Assembly (NCBI GenBank): GCA_043228905.1 | Contig: JBHGNT010000015.1 | Location: 4,278,001 to 4,342,000 of the forward strand | Direction: 5' to 3' | Length of the DNA stretch: 64,000 nucleotides | Source: Azolla caroliniana | Lineage: Eukaryota > Plantae > Polypodiophyta | Part shown: piece by piece, positions 60,671 through 64,000 of the stretch | Position numbering within the stretch: position 1 is the stretch's first letter | Layout: each line of letters opens with the position of its first letter | The notes under the pieces: model-generated | Database searches by the model: none | Told to the model about the DNA's origin: nothing | Seen by the model: only the letters and a program-made list of their open reading frames with translations | Translations under genes and position numbers: made by a program

Positions 60671-63600
60671 TGTTACCGATTAGGAACACGGTCTACGGTC
60701 AGTCCTTCGACCTAGACCTCCAAGTGACTGTGAGACAACGAACGGTGGCGTCTATGCGTAATACGTAGGGGAATGTTCTCGTAACCTAGCAGCGTATAAG
60801 GGAGATGGTTACAACCGAACTCCTTAACAGTGGCTACCCACTCACGTTGCTTATTTCTACGCTCTCAAGTATTACAAAGACACAGTAGATTAGCCGTAGT
60901 TATACACAGATATCAGAGAAGATAGAAATCTATTACGATATGCTTCTTTACATTCCAAAATTACAAGCTACCTCTATCAGAGGTTTTCTCCCCTTTATAT
61001 ACGCAGGGTCTTTTAGCCGTTCACGCTTTCCGCGTGAATCGTTACATGCGTTACAATCTTATACTATTCCCTATTCCTGCGCTCTTGTTCCTCGGTTACT
61101 ATTCTGGCGAACAACACATGGCACGCCTGTGGGACAGTGCTATGGCATGTCTGACCCATCCCGTTAATCTTCTTTCAAAAAGGCCCGGATGTTTGGCTCT
61201 GCTACAGTGTCCGCGTCCGGAGACGACGTCGGGCCTGTAGGTGCATCGTCGTGTGGTTCCCTGTTTGGTCGGGAGGGATTCTCCTGGTGTCGTGATCATC
61301 CTGTGTGGGCAGTCCAAGTACTATGGGCTCTTCTGGGGCTAGGGGGTTGGGCTCAGCCGTTGTCGGCCTTGTGGTCGGTCGCGACTCTGTCTCATTCGTC
61401 ACTTCCTCCATGGTGTCGGCCGTCGTTGTATGCTCCGGGGAGTGGGGTTGCAGTTTCGCTTGGTCCGCAACGTTTTCCGTGTGGTCGGCCGATAGCGTAT
61501 GCTCCTGTAGATGGGATTCCTCTTGGGCAGTGGTTTCAATGTCTGGTAGTGTGGGGGACCCCGCTCGTAGTTCCGCACTATTCACCGTCGTTGTAATTTC
61601 TGGTGACCTGGCTTGAGGTTCCTCTTCTTCGGCAGTGCCCGGAATTGGCGTTGCAATGGATTCCTCATTTGTTCGCGTGCTGCCGGCTTGTGTGATATGG
61701 TGAAATAGCTCCTCCTGGCTTTCACCAAAATCATCTAAGAGTTGCGTGAGTTCTTCAGAATGTTGGCCCGCTAGCACGCGATAGTCCTGCGCTAGGTCCT
61801 CGCGTACTGCCGCAATGCTCTCCTCATTGAGTTTATAGAAACCTCGGCCGTCTTTTCACCGGTTCTCCCAGTCCGCACAATACGCGTGCAATTCCGCTAC
61901 TTGGGCTGCCCACACCATCCATCCTTTGTCTAGCGCCGTTTTCAATTGCACTGTGAACCTCTCCCAATTCGTTTGTAGAAGGATACGCACGTTGTTTGTG
62001 ATGGCCTACCAACGGTTGCATGCTTCTTCCACCGACTTCTTGAGGTTTGCAATTTCTTGCTGACTAATCGCCGCCGCTTCTTTGTACGTGGTCTTCAGGC
62101 CCGCCCAGAGCTGGGATTCCTTTGCATGGAGTTCTTCTAATGTCCCCATTTCATTGTTTAGGCGGATTTCGAGCTGATGCCTTCTTTCCTGTTCGCCCAC
62201 CAGCTGCTCGTCGAACCATACCTTCTTTTTCTCCAATAGGGTCTAGAGTCCCGCGATTGCTGCCTCCGATTTCTTCGCTTCCTCCCGTAATTGGGCATTT
62301 TCATCTTTTGTCCGGATGTGTTGTGCTGCCTCTGCAACAAGTTTCTCTTCAAGGATTTTTACTGCCTTCCGGCCGTTAGCTCGGATCTCCTTTTCCCTAT
62401 CTGAGGATTGGCGAAGTTGTACGACCCTTTTTTCTGATTCCGCTAGTTGTACGGCCCTTTTTGCTTTTGAGGCAATGGCGGTCCGAGCCTCAATCTCTTC
62501 CTTCAAGGCGTCGATGGCGTGGTTTGGTGGTGGAGTTGCCTATTGCGCCGTAGTCGTGTTAATTTCCAACTCTGCGATGCGTTTGTTGGCTTTTTGCAGC
62601 TTGGTTTGGGTCAGTTTTACCTTCTTCCAGACATTCTTATTTTTAATGGCCATCTCCTTGGCGCCAGTGCTGACCTTTGCTAGTTCCCTATGCACTTCCA
62701 CTAGGGCCATGTTTAATGGGGGTAGCTCCATCCCCACTTGGCGTATACCGGCGTTCCTCTATCTGCCGACTCTGGCTAGCCGGTCCTCATCGTCGCTCTC
62801 CGCCGTTTGTGTTAGGGCACGCTCGATCATCTGGCACTCCGTGTGCTCCTCGGCCATTCGTTGTGAGGCCTTTATTCGTTGCATTGCCAAGAATTCCATG
62901 AGCTGAAAAGAGGTTCCGAACTACAAGAGGGAGCTGAACTAATGGGCCGTGTCCGGGATATCTGGATATGCCAAAACCTCGCTTTCCGCCGTCAATACAA
63001 CTTTCCCTCGTTGTGACTAGGCCGTAATGATCAGTCGTGGCTCCTAGATGATTTCGAAGGTGGTGTTGGGCTCCGTAGTTGCAGAGCCATCACGTTTGGT
63101 GGTTGTCTTTGCTGTCGTGGGGACGTCTTTAACTAATACCCACCCATCTTTCCTGTCCAACCTCCGTCGTTTCGGTCTAGGGCTATCTTATCGTGTTTTG
63201 GCGCCTGGCTTTGGGGCTGCTTCCGCAGAGCGCGCCGCTTGCTCTTCCTGCGTTGTCCGTGTGTCTGGCTGGGCGGGTTGGGGTTCCTCTTCCTACTCTG
63301 TGGCAGCTAACACCACTAACCTGCGCTTCGCGGATCGGGACGGAGGCGTGGGTCTGCTGGGCTGCGGTGCCGGCAAGCCGCGGGGTGGGAATAGCACCGT
63401 CAGGTACTGTTGTATGATCGGCCTGAGCTTCTTGCCTCCCTAATACGCATGTAGGCCTTCCCTTAACGCCGACCCCGTGATGACTCCCCAAGCAACCGCA
63501 CGCCCTTCAAAGGTATCAATAATGATACCCGCCTTCTACTTGGGCATCCCATATGCGTTGACGTGTACGCATCCAACCTCTAATAGGAACTTGGCAACTT

Positions 63601-64000
63601 CACGGAAGAAAGGATCCGGGATCTGCCTTGTTCTATAGGCCTTGGCGGAGGAGGAATATGGGCCGAAATATATCTGCAGTGCCTCTACAGGAGGGATTTC
63701 GAAATTCCTCTCGCCTAGAGATGACAGGTCCAACTTTTTCCGGATGGAAGAGTTGGTGACTGTGTCGATATTAAGCTTTTTGGCGATGTCCATTGCATCC
63801 GGGTGTGGAGGTGCCTCTACGACCCGGATGTACCCATCCAAGCATTTCTCCACGAGTCATCGGCGTAAGGCGGTAGAGATAAAGATCGACATGTTTAGAG
63901 TAGGCTCGTGGGGAGGAGACTGGTGTTTGCGGTGGGCTGCAGATCTGTGAGAGGATGGAGGAGAAGGTGAGGGAGGGTAGCGATGAGAGTGCTGAGACTT
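60671..64000 (-). mobile_element. 3' part of gypsy element G: 3' LTR 60671-61116 and degenerate extra 3' ORF; continues beyond the window
   Basis: LTR TGTTACC...ACAACA; ORFs 61202..63853 match the organisation of the extra ORF of F (YFGPYSSSAKAYRT...FFREVAKFLLEVG; coiled coil). Confidence 0.8.

Noticed and set aside
1-64000. Host protein-coding, rRNA or tRNA genes; species assignment
   Set aside because: All recognisable coding sequence is transposon-derived and tRNA matches are only short primer sites. The element mix hints at a non-seed plant but cannot be established from this window.

Overview
Eukaryotic DNA, almost certainly a land-plant nuclear heterochromatic region. No host gene is detectable. 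Nearly the whole window is a nest of transposable elements: at least 8 Ty1/copia copies or fragments, 3 non-chromovirus Ty3/gypsy elements, a gag-only LTR family with a tRNA-Trp primer site, a solo LTR and a LINE. Target-site duplications resolve most of the nesting. The standout is a 9.3-kb TIR DNA transposon (43164-52442) inserted in a copia pol gene. It carries (i) a DDD-type, Sola-like transposase and (ii) a divergent six-exon gene that splices into a ParB-like domain fused to a prokaryote-type beta-class amino (N6-adenine/N4-cytosine) DNA methyltransferase. Intron 1 of that gene holds (iii) an array of 25-bp palindromes at an exact 51-bp period, resembling a parS/iteron array. Both genes in this copy are decayed. 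A second oddity is that two gypsy elements with unrelated LTRs lack a polypurine tract and instead carry a tRNA-Arg-3'-end-like sequence next to the 3' LTR, suggesting tRNA priming of both cDNA strands. All family assignments come from motif recognition by eye; no database searches were run.
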